DNA of 64,000 nucleotides from Candidatus Poribacteria bacterium. Lineage in GTDB: Bacteria; Poribacteria; WGA-4E; WGA-3G. Location: contig JAJEAG010000051.1 of assembly GCA_022824265.1 (NCBI GenBank), forward strand, positions 12,818 to 76,817, in the 5' to 3' direction. Numbering within the stretch: the stretch's first letter is position 1; each line of letters opens with the position of its first letter. Positions 29,810 to 39,100 of this stretch are shown here, one piece after another. A model generated the notes under the pieces. The model did not search any database and was not told the DNA's origin. It saw only the letters and a list, made by a program, of their open reading frames with translations. Made by a program: the position numbers and the translations under genes.

Positions 29810-31015
29810 TTAGGTACGATAGTCAGCATTTATACGAATATAATCGTAGGAATAATCGCAGGTCCACATCGTCACTTCTGCATCACCAGCGCGTAGGTCA
29901 ATGGTAATTCGCACAGGATCATTATCAAATAGTTGTGTGGCTTTATCCTCGTCATATCCTGAATCCATTCCGTTTTTGACAAGTAGGTAATCGCCGAGTA
30001 ACACGTCAACTTGGTACGGGTCAAAATCGGCACCAGATTTACCGATTGCCATCATAATGCGTCCCCAGTTTGCATCGTTAGCAAAAACGGCTGTTTTGAC
30101 AAGGGGTGATTCTGCAACTGCGCGCGCAGCTTTTTCCGCATCAACCCTATTCTTCGCTCGCTTGACAACAACTTCAACGAGTTTGGTTGCACCTTCCCCA
30201 TCGCGTGCTAACATTTTTACCAATTCAGTGCAGACAAACTCCAATCCTCCACAAAATGACTCGTAATCCGCACCACTGGAATTGGTTATTTCATCGTTTC
30301 CTGTACCACCTGTTGCGAGAATGATAACAGTATCATTCGTGCTGCGATCTGTATCAACGGTAAGCAAATTATAGGTGTTATCTACTACACGGGTTAGGGC
30401 TGATTGAAGCATTTCACTACTGATACAAATATCCGTTGTTAAATAGGAGAGCATTGTCGCCATATTAGGAGCAATCATTCCAGAACCTTTGGCAATCCCA
30501 CCGATCCTCACAGTTTTGCCACCAATATCTATTTCTACAGCAGCAGACTTCGGATATGTATCCGTGGTCATAATTGCTTCTGCAGCATCGTCACCGCCAT
30601 TAGTGCTGAGTGCCTCGGTAGCAAGTTGAATTCCGTTCTCAATTTTATCCATTGGCAATTGCTGTCCAATAACACCAGTTGATGACACGAGAACATCTTC
30701 CTCTGCTATGCCGAGTTTTTCAGCGGTTACAGTCGCCATCAAATGTGCATTTGTCATACCACGTTCACCAGTGCAGGCGTTTGCGTTTCCACTATTTATT
30801 ACAATTGCTTGCGCAGTTGGATTGATGAGATGTTTGCGACAAACTATAACGGGGGCAGCAGTGACGCTATTTTTGGTGAAGACACCCGCCGCAGTCGCTG
30901 GCTCATCCGTAACAATGAGTGCTAAATCTTTTGCCTCTGCTTTTTTAATTCCTGCGCGGATACCTGCTGCTTGCACACCTGCAACAGCAGTTATTCCGCC
31001 ATCTATCTGTTTCAT
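29810..31015 (-). CDS. argJ: Bifunctional glutamate N-acetyltransferase / amino-acid acetyltransferase (ornithine acetyltransferase ArgJ)
   Basis: Autoproteolysis-site context PNMATMLSY and overall ArgJ-family collinearity; 401 aa. Confidence 0.88.
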   Translation of the reverse strand: MKQIDGGITAVAGVQAAGIRAGIKKAEAKDLALIVTDEPATAAGVFTKNSVTAAPVIVCRKHLINPTAQAIVINSGNANACTGERGMTNAHLMATVTAEKLGIAEEDVLVSSTGVIGQQLPMDKIENGIQLATEALSTNGGDDAAEAIMTTDTYPKSAAVEIDIGGKTVRIGGIAKGSGMIAPNMATMLSYLTTDICISSEMLQSALTRVVDNTYNLLTVDTDRSTNDTVIILATGGTGNDEITNSSGADYESFCGGLEFVCTELVKMLARDGEGATKLVEVVVKRAKNRVDAEKAARAVAESPLVKTAVFANDANWGRIMMAIGKSGADFDPYQVDVLLGDYLLVKNGMDSGYDEDKATQLFDNDPVRITIDLRAGDAEVTMWTCDYSYDYIRINADYRT

Positions 31016-31153
31016 AATTGCTCCTTACATCAATATAGCAGAAATTGTAATACATCATTGTGGAATTGTCAATTGGAAAACAGATCCAACATAGAGCAGA
31101 GCCATTCAGTTTTCCAAATCCTATTATCTTTAATATTAAGCCTTCCTTTGTAG

Positions 31154-31174
31154 AAGTACTCTCCGAATCGCGAC
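31154..31174. repeat. Short repeat ..CTCCGAATCGCGAC.., possibly a solo IS-end remnant
   Basis: The same 14-mer, with similar flanks (CTTATCCT nearby), occurs at 13903..13923 immediately upstream of the IS630 C-terminal fragment. Confidence 0.35.
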
Positions 31175-31208
31175 CTCTTATCCTATAAAACTTGGTTCAG
31201 ACTACATC

Positions 31209-31232
31209 GTAGGGGCGAGGTCTCCTCGCCCG
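31209..31232. repeat. REP-like palindrome GTAGGGGCGAGGTCTCCTCGCCCG
   Basis: Perfect inverted repeat GGGCGAGG-TCT-CCTCGCCC. Family member; followed by a TATTTACCCCACACC...CTGTAGGAGCGAC module. Confidence 0.6.
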
Positions 31233-31325
31233 TATTTACCCCACACCCTCTTCTGTAGGAGCGACTTTCAAGTCGCGACTTTACGACATATTTCTACGAT
31301 TTAACGAAAACTGAATGGCTCTGAA

Positions 31326-31359
31326 CATAGAGGCATAGAGGCATAGAGGACATAGAGGA
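31326..31359. repeat. Tandem direct repeat (CATAGAGG-like, about 4 units)
   Basis: CATAGAGGCATAGAGGCATAGAGGACATAGAGGA, about 70 nt upstream of the Gfo/Idh gene at 31430. Confidence 0.6.
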
Positions 31360-31429
31360 ACAAGACTTGACAATCGGTTAGAAATCTGTAAAATAGATAG
31401 ACAACAATTCACCGTCAGAGGAGGACAAT

Positions 31430-32431
31430 ATGGCAAAAATACGGATGGCACAATACGGCACGAAACACGGACACGCACGTGGAAAACTGCAGGCAATGCA
31501 TGCTAATCCTAATGTAGAGGTAGTGGGTGTATATGAACCAGATGAAGAACAACGTGCGAAACTTCAGGAAAATGGAAGTTGGTCTTACGATGTGCGTTGG
31601 TACAATGATGCCGCTGAAATGTTAGAGGACGAATCAATCATTGCTATTGCTTCTGAGGGAAACAATGCCGAAAGCTTAAATCAAACTCAAGAGATTGTGA
31701 ATGCTGGTAAGCATGTATGGTATGATAAACCCGCAGGAGAAAACTGGGAGCAGTGGCAACGCATCATCAAGACTGCACAAGAAAAGTCTTTATTGGTGCA
31801 AATGGGGTATATGTTAAGGTATCATTCCAGTTTTAAGAAAGTGACCGACTGGGCAAGATCAGGATTTTTGGGAAATGTATTCTCAGTTCGCGCGCACATG
31901 TCCACAAATATATCACTGGAAGCACGTACACGTATTAGTCAACATATCGGTGGTATTTTCTTTGATTTAGGTGGACATGTTCTTGACCAAATTGTCTGGA
32001 TGATGGGGAGACCTGAAAAGGTCACCAGTTTTCTACGCAATGATGGAGGGTCAGTTGAACCATTCAAAGATAATACTCTCACTGTCTATGAATTTGAGAA
32101 AGGGATGGCGTTTATCACAATTTCTGCTTTGGAACCACGTCCAATGGCACGAAGGTTTGAGGTATACGGCACTGAAGGTAGTGCTATCATTGTTGAACCG
32201 TTTGAACCCGGACACACGATTCGTCTCTGCTTACAAAGTGCAAAGGATGGATATTCACAAGGTGAACAAATTGTCAATATAGATGGAGAGAGTCGCCAAC
32301 GATTGTATGAGTTGGAGTTGGATGCGTTTTTGGCGACAATCGCAGGTACGCAAGAACCTGATAGACCAGTAGAGCATGAATTGTTAGTACAGGAAACACT
32401 TTTGCGCGCAACAAGTGTTATTCCAAACTAA
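31430..32431 (+). CDS. Gfo/Idh/MocA family oxidoreductase
   Basis: IRMAQYGTKHGHARG N-terminal nucleotide-binding motif and WYDKP (EKP-like) motif. Confidence 0.75.
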   Translation: MAKIRMAQYGTKHGHARGKLQAMHANPNVEVVGVYEPDEEQRAKLQENGSWSYDVRWYNDAAEMLEDESIIAIASEGNNAESLNQTQEIVNAGKHVWYDKPAGENWEQWQRIIKTAQEKSLLVQMGYMLRYHSSFKKVTDWARSGFLGNVFSVRAHMSTNISLEARTRISQHIGGIFFDLGGHVLDQIVWMMGRPEKVTSFLRNDGGSVEPFKDNTLTVYEFEKGMAFITISALEPRPMARRFEVYGTEGSAIIVEPFEPGHTIRLCLQSAKDGYSQGEQIVNIDGESRQRLYELELDAFLATIAGTQEPDRPVEHELLVQETLLRATSVIPN

Positions 32432-32541
32432 GTCCTTCTAAGTGTGATGTTGGGATATTATGCTATGTGTATTTTATGTGACAATAATGTGGCAGGTCCC
32501 AAGGACCTGCCCTTACAATGTATAGAAGATTATAACTAAGA

Positions 32542-33207
32542 TTATTCTTCTAATCCACCTGCCCATTTGAGACATCCAGTAATGTGTTCGTGGAACCACG
32601 GTTGACTCCAGAGGACATCAGGGTGACCAAGCGCAGTATACATAACACGACCCTTACCGTAGGTATGACACCAACCGAGAGCATAATCATTGTCATCTCG
32701 GTTACCGCGTGAGACATCAATGGAATCATTATCCAACCGCATTAACACATGCGTATTCTCTCGGGACCAATCCTTGAACGTGTATATTTCATCAACAACT
32801 TTGAAACTGTCTCCGAGCATACGAGTAGAGGGATGGTCAGTATCCTCTACGATAACATTGACTTCTTCGTGCCACGGATGTCCATTGAAATATCCACCGA
32901 TCATTTCACCAAATTCTGGCCAATCGTAGCAGGTATCAGTAGCATTATGGATCCCGAAGAATCCCTTACCATTACGGATAAAGTTGAGTAATGCATCTTT
33001 TTGTGAATCATCAAAAGGTAAATTACCAGTAGTTGCAAATGCAACAACATCGTGTTTTGCTAAATTATCTTCTGTGATTCTGTCACAGCGGTGGGTAGTC
33101 GTAACTCTCCAGCCATTTGCAGCACCGATCTCTTTGAGTGCCACTTCTGCATTTGGCAAATAACTATGCTCAAAACCTGCAGAATGACGTAACATCAATA
33201 TGTTCAT
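32542..33207 (-). CDS. ThuA-like protein (trehalose-utilisation family; class I glutamine-amidotransferase-like fold)
   Basis: MNILMLRHSAGFEHSY...GKGFFGIHNATDT...GWCHTYGKGRVMYTALGH pattern typical of ThuA. Confidence 0.75.
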   Translation of the reverse strand: MNILMLRHSAGFEHSYLPNAEVALKEIGAANGWRVTTTHRCDRITEDNLAKHDVVAFATTGNLPFDDSQKDALLNFIRNGKGFFGIHNATDTCYDWPEFGEMIGGYFNGHPWHEEVNVIVEDTDHPSTRMLGDSFKVVDEIYTFKDWSRENTHVLMRLDNDSIDVSRGNRDDNDYALGWCHTYGKGRVMYTALGHPDVLWSQPWFHEHITGCLKWAGGLEE

Positions 33208-33527
33208 TTTATTTCCTTTCGGTATAGCAATTTGACGCTAATTATACAAGATTTATATAAAAAAGGAAACATAAATGGATGCGACACAATGTATTACTAC
33301 AGTCTATACTGTGATCAAATATATTGAGGTTGTTTAAAAATTGATTAAGTATAGTAAAAGGTAGGTAGACGCGAAACTCCGTATACTACTGATGTACAAG
33401 TACGATTGAAGTGTTTCATCCTAATGAGAATCGTCTTCTGTACCTGCAATATTAGAAAATAGATTGGCAATTCTTTATTTTTTATGGCATTATTATGTAA
33501 AGAGATTATGGAGAAGGAGTAAAGGCA

Positions 33528-34472
33528 TTGAAGTTTTTTAAAAAAGGTGACAAAAACCCAGAAGAGACTAAACCCACTGCAAAACCGCACCCTGAACTAC
33601 AAGTAATCAGTGGTTCAGAGATTTCTGGAAAACGTCCGCAACAGCAAACCCCACAGCAACAAGCCCCGCAGCAAAATATTACACTACCAAATATAAAGTA
33701 CAAAATAGCCGTTGCAAGTGGAAAAGGGGGTGTCGGAAAGTCAACCGTTGCTACGAATTTAGCAATCTCGCTCGCGAAAAATGGTGCTGCAGTCGGATTA
33801 ATGGACGCTGACGCTTATGGACCCAGTATACCAACAATGATGGGTATTCAAGAGAAACCTGAAACCAGTCCAGAAAGAAAACTAATCCCTTTGGTGCGTC
33901 ACGACATAAAACTTATGTCAATTGGGTTTATGGTGCCTGAACAACAGGCTATGATCTGGCGAGGACCGATGCTACATAGTGCTATTCGTCAATTTCTTAC
34001 GGATGTAGCGTGGGGTGACCTGGATTACCTTATTATTGATCTCCCGCCAGGAACGGGAGATGTTGCCCTTACTTTGACGCAAGCAATTCCACTTACAGGC
34101 GCAGTGATTGTTACGACACCACAAGATGTCGCTTTAGCAGATGTGCGACGAGGTGTTGCTATGTTTGAACGTCTCGGTGTACCCATTTTGGGTATTATAG
34201 AAAATATGAGCTACTTCCTCTGTCCACATTGTAATGAGAAAACTGAGATTTTCAGAGCTGACGGTGGAAAAAACACGAGTGAACGGTTCGGGGTTGCATT
34301 TTTGGGAGAGATTCCACTTGATGCCGAAGTTTGTACTGCTGGAGATCTCGGTGTGCCTATCGTTGCTGGAAATCCAGACTCACCACAATCAGCGGCATTC
34401 GGTGCAGTGGCTACGGAATTAGAAAAAGTTGTTCTGGAAACTGGAGAAGATGATGAATTGACGATACTTTAA
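33528..34472 (+). CDS. apbC: Mrp/NBP35-family iron-sulfur cluster carrier ATPase (ApbC), TTG start, with a Q/P-rich N-terminal extension
   Basis: P-loop VASGKGGVGKST, ParA/MinD-like fold, and CPHC motif. The 60-aa N-terminal extension reads PQQQTPQQQAPQQ. Confidence 0.88.
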   Translation: MKFFKKGDKNPEETKPTAKPHPELQVISGSEISGKRPQQQTPQQQAPQQNITLPNIKYKIAVASGKGGVGKSTVATNLAISLAKNGAAVGLMDADAYGPSIPTMMGIQEKPETSPERKLIPLVRHDIKLMSIGFMVPEQQAMIWRGPMLHSAIRQFLTDVAWGDLDYLIIDLPPGTGDVALTLTQAIPLTGAVIVTTPQDVALADVRRGVAMFERLGVPILGIIENMSYFLCPHCNEKTEIFRADGGKNTSERFGVAFLGEIPLDAEVCTAGDLGVPIVAGNPDSPQSAAFGAVATELEKVVLETGEDDELTIL

Positions 34473-34529
34473 ATTAACATCCAACCACTAAATTTAGATG
34501 TAATAACAAAAAACAATCATATCATTGTT

Positions 34530-35051
34530 CTACAGTTCTATGTCCATCGCATCAGCAATCAAATGCATTGCGTGCTGGAGCAAATCACCTTCTCTGGCAA
34601 GGTCTTGAGTTGGCGAGTTTCCGAGATTCTTACTAAGATCCTCAAGTGGAGAGAAGCCAAAGTTTTCCATACCTTCAATCATCCCCTCAAGATAACCAAG
34701 GGCAGGCATTTCTAAGTCGTATGCATCCTCTCGCATACGATAAAACATGATGTCATCCTCGTAATATTTCCCATAAAGAGACGGATATCCTTCATATCTG
34801 TCCAGAGCATTTTCATCATCTTCAGAGATTTCCCACAAACCGCCCTTTACAGATTTTTCAGAGTCCGGAATTATATCCGCATAGATCCGAAAAACAAGTT
34901 TATACCCTTGCAATGTGAAAACGCCAAGGGGGACAGCGTTCGGACATCGCCATTGCATCTGTTTGATATTGAGATTCGATCCGTAGGCGAAGTATTTCAT
35001 GGCATGGATTAAAACTGAACATTTATCGTACATTATTTTATTAGCATCCAC
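34530..35051 (-). CDS. Gamma-glutamylcyclotransferase-like (AIG2/GGCT family) protein
   Basis: YFAYGSNL motif near the N-terminus; about 170 aa. Confidence 0.6.
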   Translation of the reverse strand: MDANKIMYDKCSVLIHAMKYFAYGSNLNIKQMQWRCPNAVPLGVFTLQGYKLVFRIYADIIPDSEKSVKGGLWEISEDDENALDRYEGYPSLYGKYYEDDIMFYRMREDAYDLEMPALGYLEGMIEGMENFGFSPLEDLSKNLGNSPTQDLAREGDLLQHAMHLIADAMDIEL

Positions 35052-35245
35052 TTTGGTAAGAACATATATATTATATACCTACCAATGTATGCATACTAAA
35101 ACAACAATAGTTCGCTTATTTCTTCATTTGGATCATCAATTGGGTCATCTTCTGTTAGTTTGGTAGTTTTGTATCCGTAGATTTCTATTTCACGGATTTT
35201 TGCGGATGCTCGGAGACGAACTGCCCCTCCAGATGTTGTAGAGCA

Positions 35246-35770
35246 TCACGTGCTTCCCGAACTGACCAACGTACTACCGATTCTACTCGCATTACTCTTA
35301 CGTGACAAAGCAGCATCGTCTGAGGTTTCTAAAACTGCGATGCGAATTTGATCTGTAGGAAAGGAGTAAAGGACAGGTATCACAATAGGATTGGTTCGGA
35401 CACTTTGTACTTCCTTAATCATAAACCAGTCAGTTTCCGAAATAGCACTTCCACCCTTGTCCGCGTATAGTCTAAATTTTTTTATGTTATCTGAATGGAT
35501 AATAACTTTCCGAACGACTTTTTTATCTGGTAAGCTAATGATCACTTCTGGAGCAGAACTTGAACCGACGCGAGTATTTGCCTTTTTTGATGAACTTATT
35601 TCACCTATGGTGTTGATATCACCATCAATCATTTGCATACTGGATGCCTGTACACCGTCAAGCAGTGCGTAGTTTTCGCTCCATTCTTGAGGTGAAAGTA
35701 GCGCACTACACCCAGCCATAATTACCACAAAACATATCAGTGAAAGGAATAGGGAAACTTTTTGTAACAT
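35246..35770 (-). CDS. Lipoprotein, hypothetical
   Basis: Signal peptide with lipobox (VIMAGC). Confidence 0.5.
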   Translation of the reverse strand: MLQKVSLFLSLICFVVIMAGCSALLSPQEWSENYALLDGVQASSMQMIDGDINTIGEISSSKKANTRVGSSSAPEVIISLPDKKVVRKVIIHSDNIKKFRLYADKGGSAISETDWFMIKEVQSVRTNPIVIPVLYSFPTDQIRIAVLETSDDAALSRKSNASRIGSTLVSSGST

Positions 35771-35965
35771 GATTTACTCCTTGAGATGTATAAAAGTGTG
35801 TATTTTATTAATCTAATTCAGTAACTAACGGTTTTAATTTCTTCTCCCCAATTCTAATTGATATATTAACAAAATCCTATTTGATTGTCAAGTAAAAGAC
35901 TATTTCAAAAAGGTTATTTAGTTTAAAGATTTCTGAGTAGATGAGTGTTACTAAAAGCTAAAAAT

Positions 35966-36000
35966 GTAGGTTGGGTAGACCGTAGTGCCCCTCGACCTAC
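35966..36000. repeat. Stem-loop repeat GTAGGTTGGG..CTCGACCTAC
   Basis: GTAGGT.G / C.ACCTAC arms as at 9341 and 49127. Confidence 0.45.
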
Positions 36001-36160
36001 AAAGTTTAATATTGAAGTATGAAAATATATTAGAAAAACCGATAACGAAATAACCCTGCATATTTTCAAGGTATATTGACTTTTAACCAATAGTCGTATA
36101 TACTGACAAGAATAATATATAAAACTAAATTAACATAGTATGTAGGTTGAGGGAGAAACA

Positions 36161-39100
36161 ATGAGAATACTGTGTAATTACATAATAATCAGTTGTTTGT
36201 TGATATTTATTTCTGTCGGTATTGTTGACGCACAACAGAATCTGGCACAACAAGCTTATGCAATCATGGAGCAATCCTGCCTTATATGCCACGGGGAGAA
36301 CGGCTCATATACAGAGGCACTTATCATTGAATACACAGCACTCATTGATGACGGAAAAGTCGTTCCTAGTGATCCAGACGGTTCTGTGTTCTATCAAAGA
36401 CTCATCGAAACGAATATTGCTAAACGTATGCCGCTCGGACAGCCTGCGCTTGATCCCGCTGCGATTGAAACGATACGTCAATGGATTGCAGCAGGCGCAC
36501 CCGATTGGGATGCCGTGTCAAGACCAGAGACTAACTTCATTACAACTGATACTATGTTTGAAACGATTGAGAACCACGTCAATTCTCTTGCTCCACGTGA
36601 TAAATTGTTTGCACGTTATTTTTCGTTGACACATCTCTATAACGCAGGTGAGACAACTGAAGCACTTCAAGCATATCGGCGTGCCCTTTCGAAACTGATC
36701 AATAGTCTCTCTTGGGGTCGTGAAGTTGTTAAACCAATTCCTATTGATACCGAAGAAACCATTTACTACATTGATCTCCGAGACTATGAATGGGATGTGA
36801 GAAACGACGCATGGACACAGGTTGAGCAGGCATATCCCTACAAAATGATGTACGATGCACCAACACAGATACATCTCCGCGAAAAACTAACGACTCTACA
36901 GCAGGAGATGAACTGTGAAGTTCCGTTTGTTCATGTGGATTGGTTCATCGCAAATGCTTCCTTACCACCCCTCTATCACGATATTTTGCAGCTGCCACTG
37001 ACAGACCGAGAACTGGAAGAAAAACTTGGGATATCAGTTAAAGAAAACATACAGAACGCACCAAGAAAACGTGTCTGGCGTGCAGGTTTCAGTGATTCTG
37101 GAGTCTCAAATCACAACAGAGTTGTAGAACGTCATAATTTTCAACACGGTGCATACTGGAAAAGTTATGACTTCGCGGGAAGTGCCGATTCACAGAATAT
37201 ATTTACCCATCCGCTTAATTTTACACATGACGGTGGCGAAATTATCTTCAACCTACCGAACGGATTACAAGCGTATCTTTTGGTAGATAGTAACGGTAAC
37301 CGGCTTGATGTAGCACCCACAGATATCGTTTCTAATCCTGCTGCAAGTGATCCTGCCGTCCGCAACGGTCTTTCGTGTATCGGTTGCCACACAGAAGGGA
37401 TGAAGACGTTTGAAGACGAGGTGCGTGCTGTAGTTGAACAGGCAAATAATCCGCTTTTTAACAAGGCACGAGCATTAGAACTCTATGTGGAACAAGAGAT
37501 AATGGATGAGTTTGTTGAAGAGGATACGCTACGTTATAGGAACGCTCTTGAGAAAGCGGGTGGTATATTTGGGGGTATTGAGCCGATTCAACGTTTCCAT
37601 GAGGTGTTTCAAGGTGCGCTTGATGCTGCACATGCTGCAGCTGCTGTTGGGTTAGAGACCGATACATTCCTTGAGAGAATAAGCAAAAGTCCAACTTTAC
37701 AAAACTTATTAGGGGCATTGGTGTTAGATAACGGTGCCATCAAACGAGACGCATGGACATCGGCTTTCCACGATGTGATTTCTGCGCTGAATTCTCCTGA
37801 TACCGTACTGCCACCCATAGAACAACCAGAACGTATACCAGGTGCTTCAGTGAATATACCCGATCTGAACCTTCGCGCTGTAATTGAAGAAGCACTCGGT
37901 AAAGCGATGGGTGAGGTTATTACTGTTGAGGATATGGAAAGTTTGACGAGATTTGTTGGGAATGACAAAGGCATTCAAGATTTGACAGGTGTTGAATTTG
38001 CAAAAAATTTAACCTACTTTGAAATTCGACGTAATATGGTCAACGATCTCACTCCAATTGCAAGTTTAACAAATCTGAGTGGATTACGTGTGCAAGGAAA
38101 CAATATATCAGATATATCTCCAATAATTGACCTTAAAAGAATAGGAACACTTGAAATATATGATAATCAAATTTCTGACATTTCCCCAATTGGGGAACTA
38201 ACGAACTTATTTTGGTTGTCTATGACTAATAATCCAATCAATGATATCTCACCACTTGCTAATTTGAAAAAGCTGAACGGAATTCGATTGAATTTCGAAG
38301 ATTCTACTGATTTTTCTCCTATAGCAGAATTAACAAACTTAGAAAGGTTTTTCTTATGGGGTGCTGGTAAACCTATACCTGATTTGACACCCTTAGCTAA
38401 CTTACAAAAATTAAAAATCTTAGACCTACGCGGCGAAGGAGTACCTGATTTGTCTCCTATTGCACAATTAGACAACTTGGGAAGATTTGAATTTTGGGGA
38501 TCGGGTGAAAACCTACCTGATCTGTTACCTTTAGCAGAATCAAATAATTTGAAGGAATTATGGGTCATAAATTGCGGAATCACAGATCTAACTTTTATAG
38601 AGAACTTCACAAGTTTGGAAAGGTTAAATCTTGAACGGAATAATATAACAGATGTGTCACCGTTAGCAAAATTGACAAACTTAAAATGGCTAAAACTTAC
38701 AAACAATCCAATATCTGACTTTTCACCTTTAGCAGAATTCGCACAAACTACTAACGTCCTCACAGGAGATGTTGCAATTAATGATCCCAACCTACGTGCG
38801 GCAATTGCAGTAGCACTTGGTAAAGGCTACAGTAGGATTGTTTCAATTACATTGGAAGAGTTGGCAACTTTGACTCACCTTGATGCTAAAAATGATAATG
38901 AGTCACAGAATGAAAATATCAGCAATTTAACGGGTTTGGAGTTTGCAATAAATCTAAGTTATTTGAATATTGCTGGCAATTCAGTATCAGATTTAACACC
39001 AATCGAAGGTTTAACAGAACTTAGTTTCTTAGATGCTCAAGATAACTTAATATCGGATACAATACCACTTAAAGGATTAACTAATCTACGAGGTTTAATT

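Noticed and set aside
20545-31232. Possible CRISPR array suggested by recurring 23-24 nt palindromic repeats
   Set aside because: Copies are tens to thousands of bp apart with irregular spacing and no uniform repeat-spacer periodicity. No cas genes are present. They behave like REP/MITE-type dispersed repeats.
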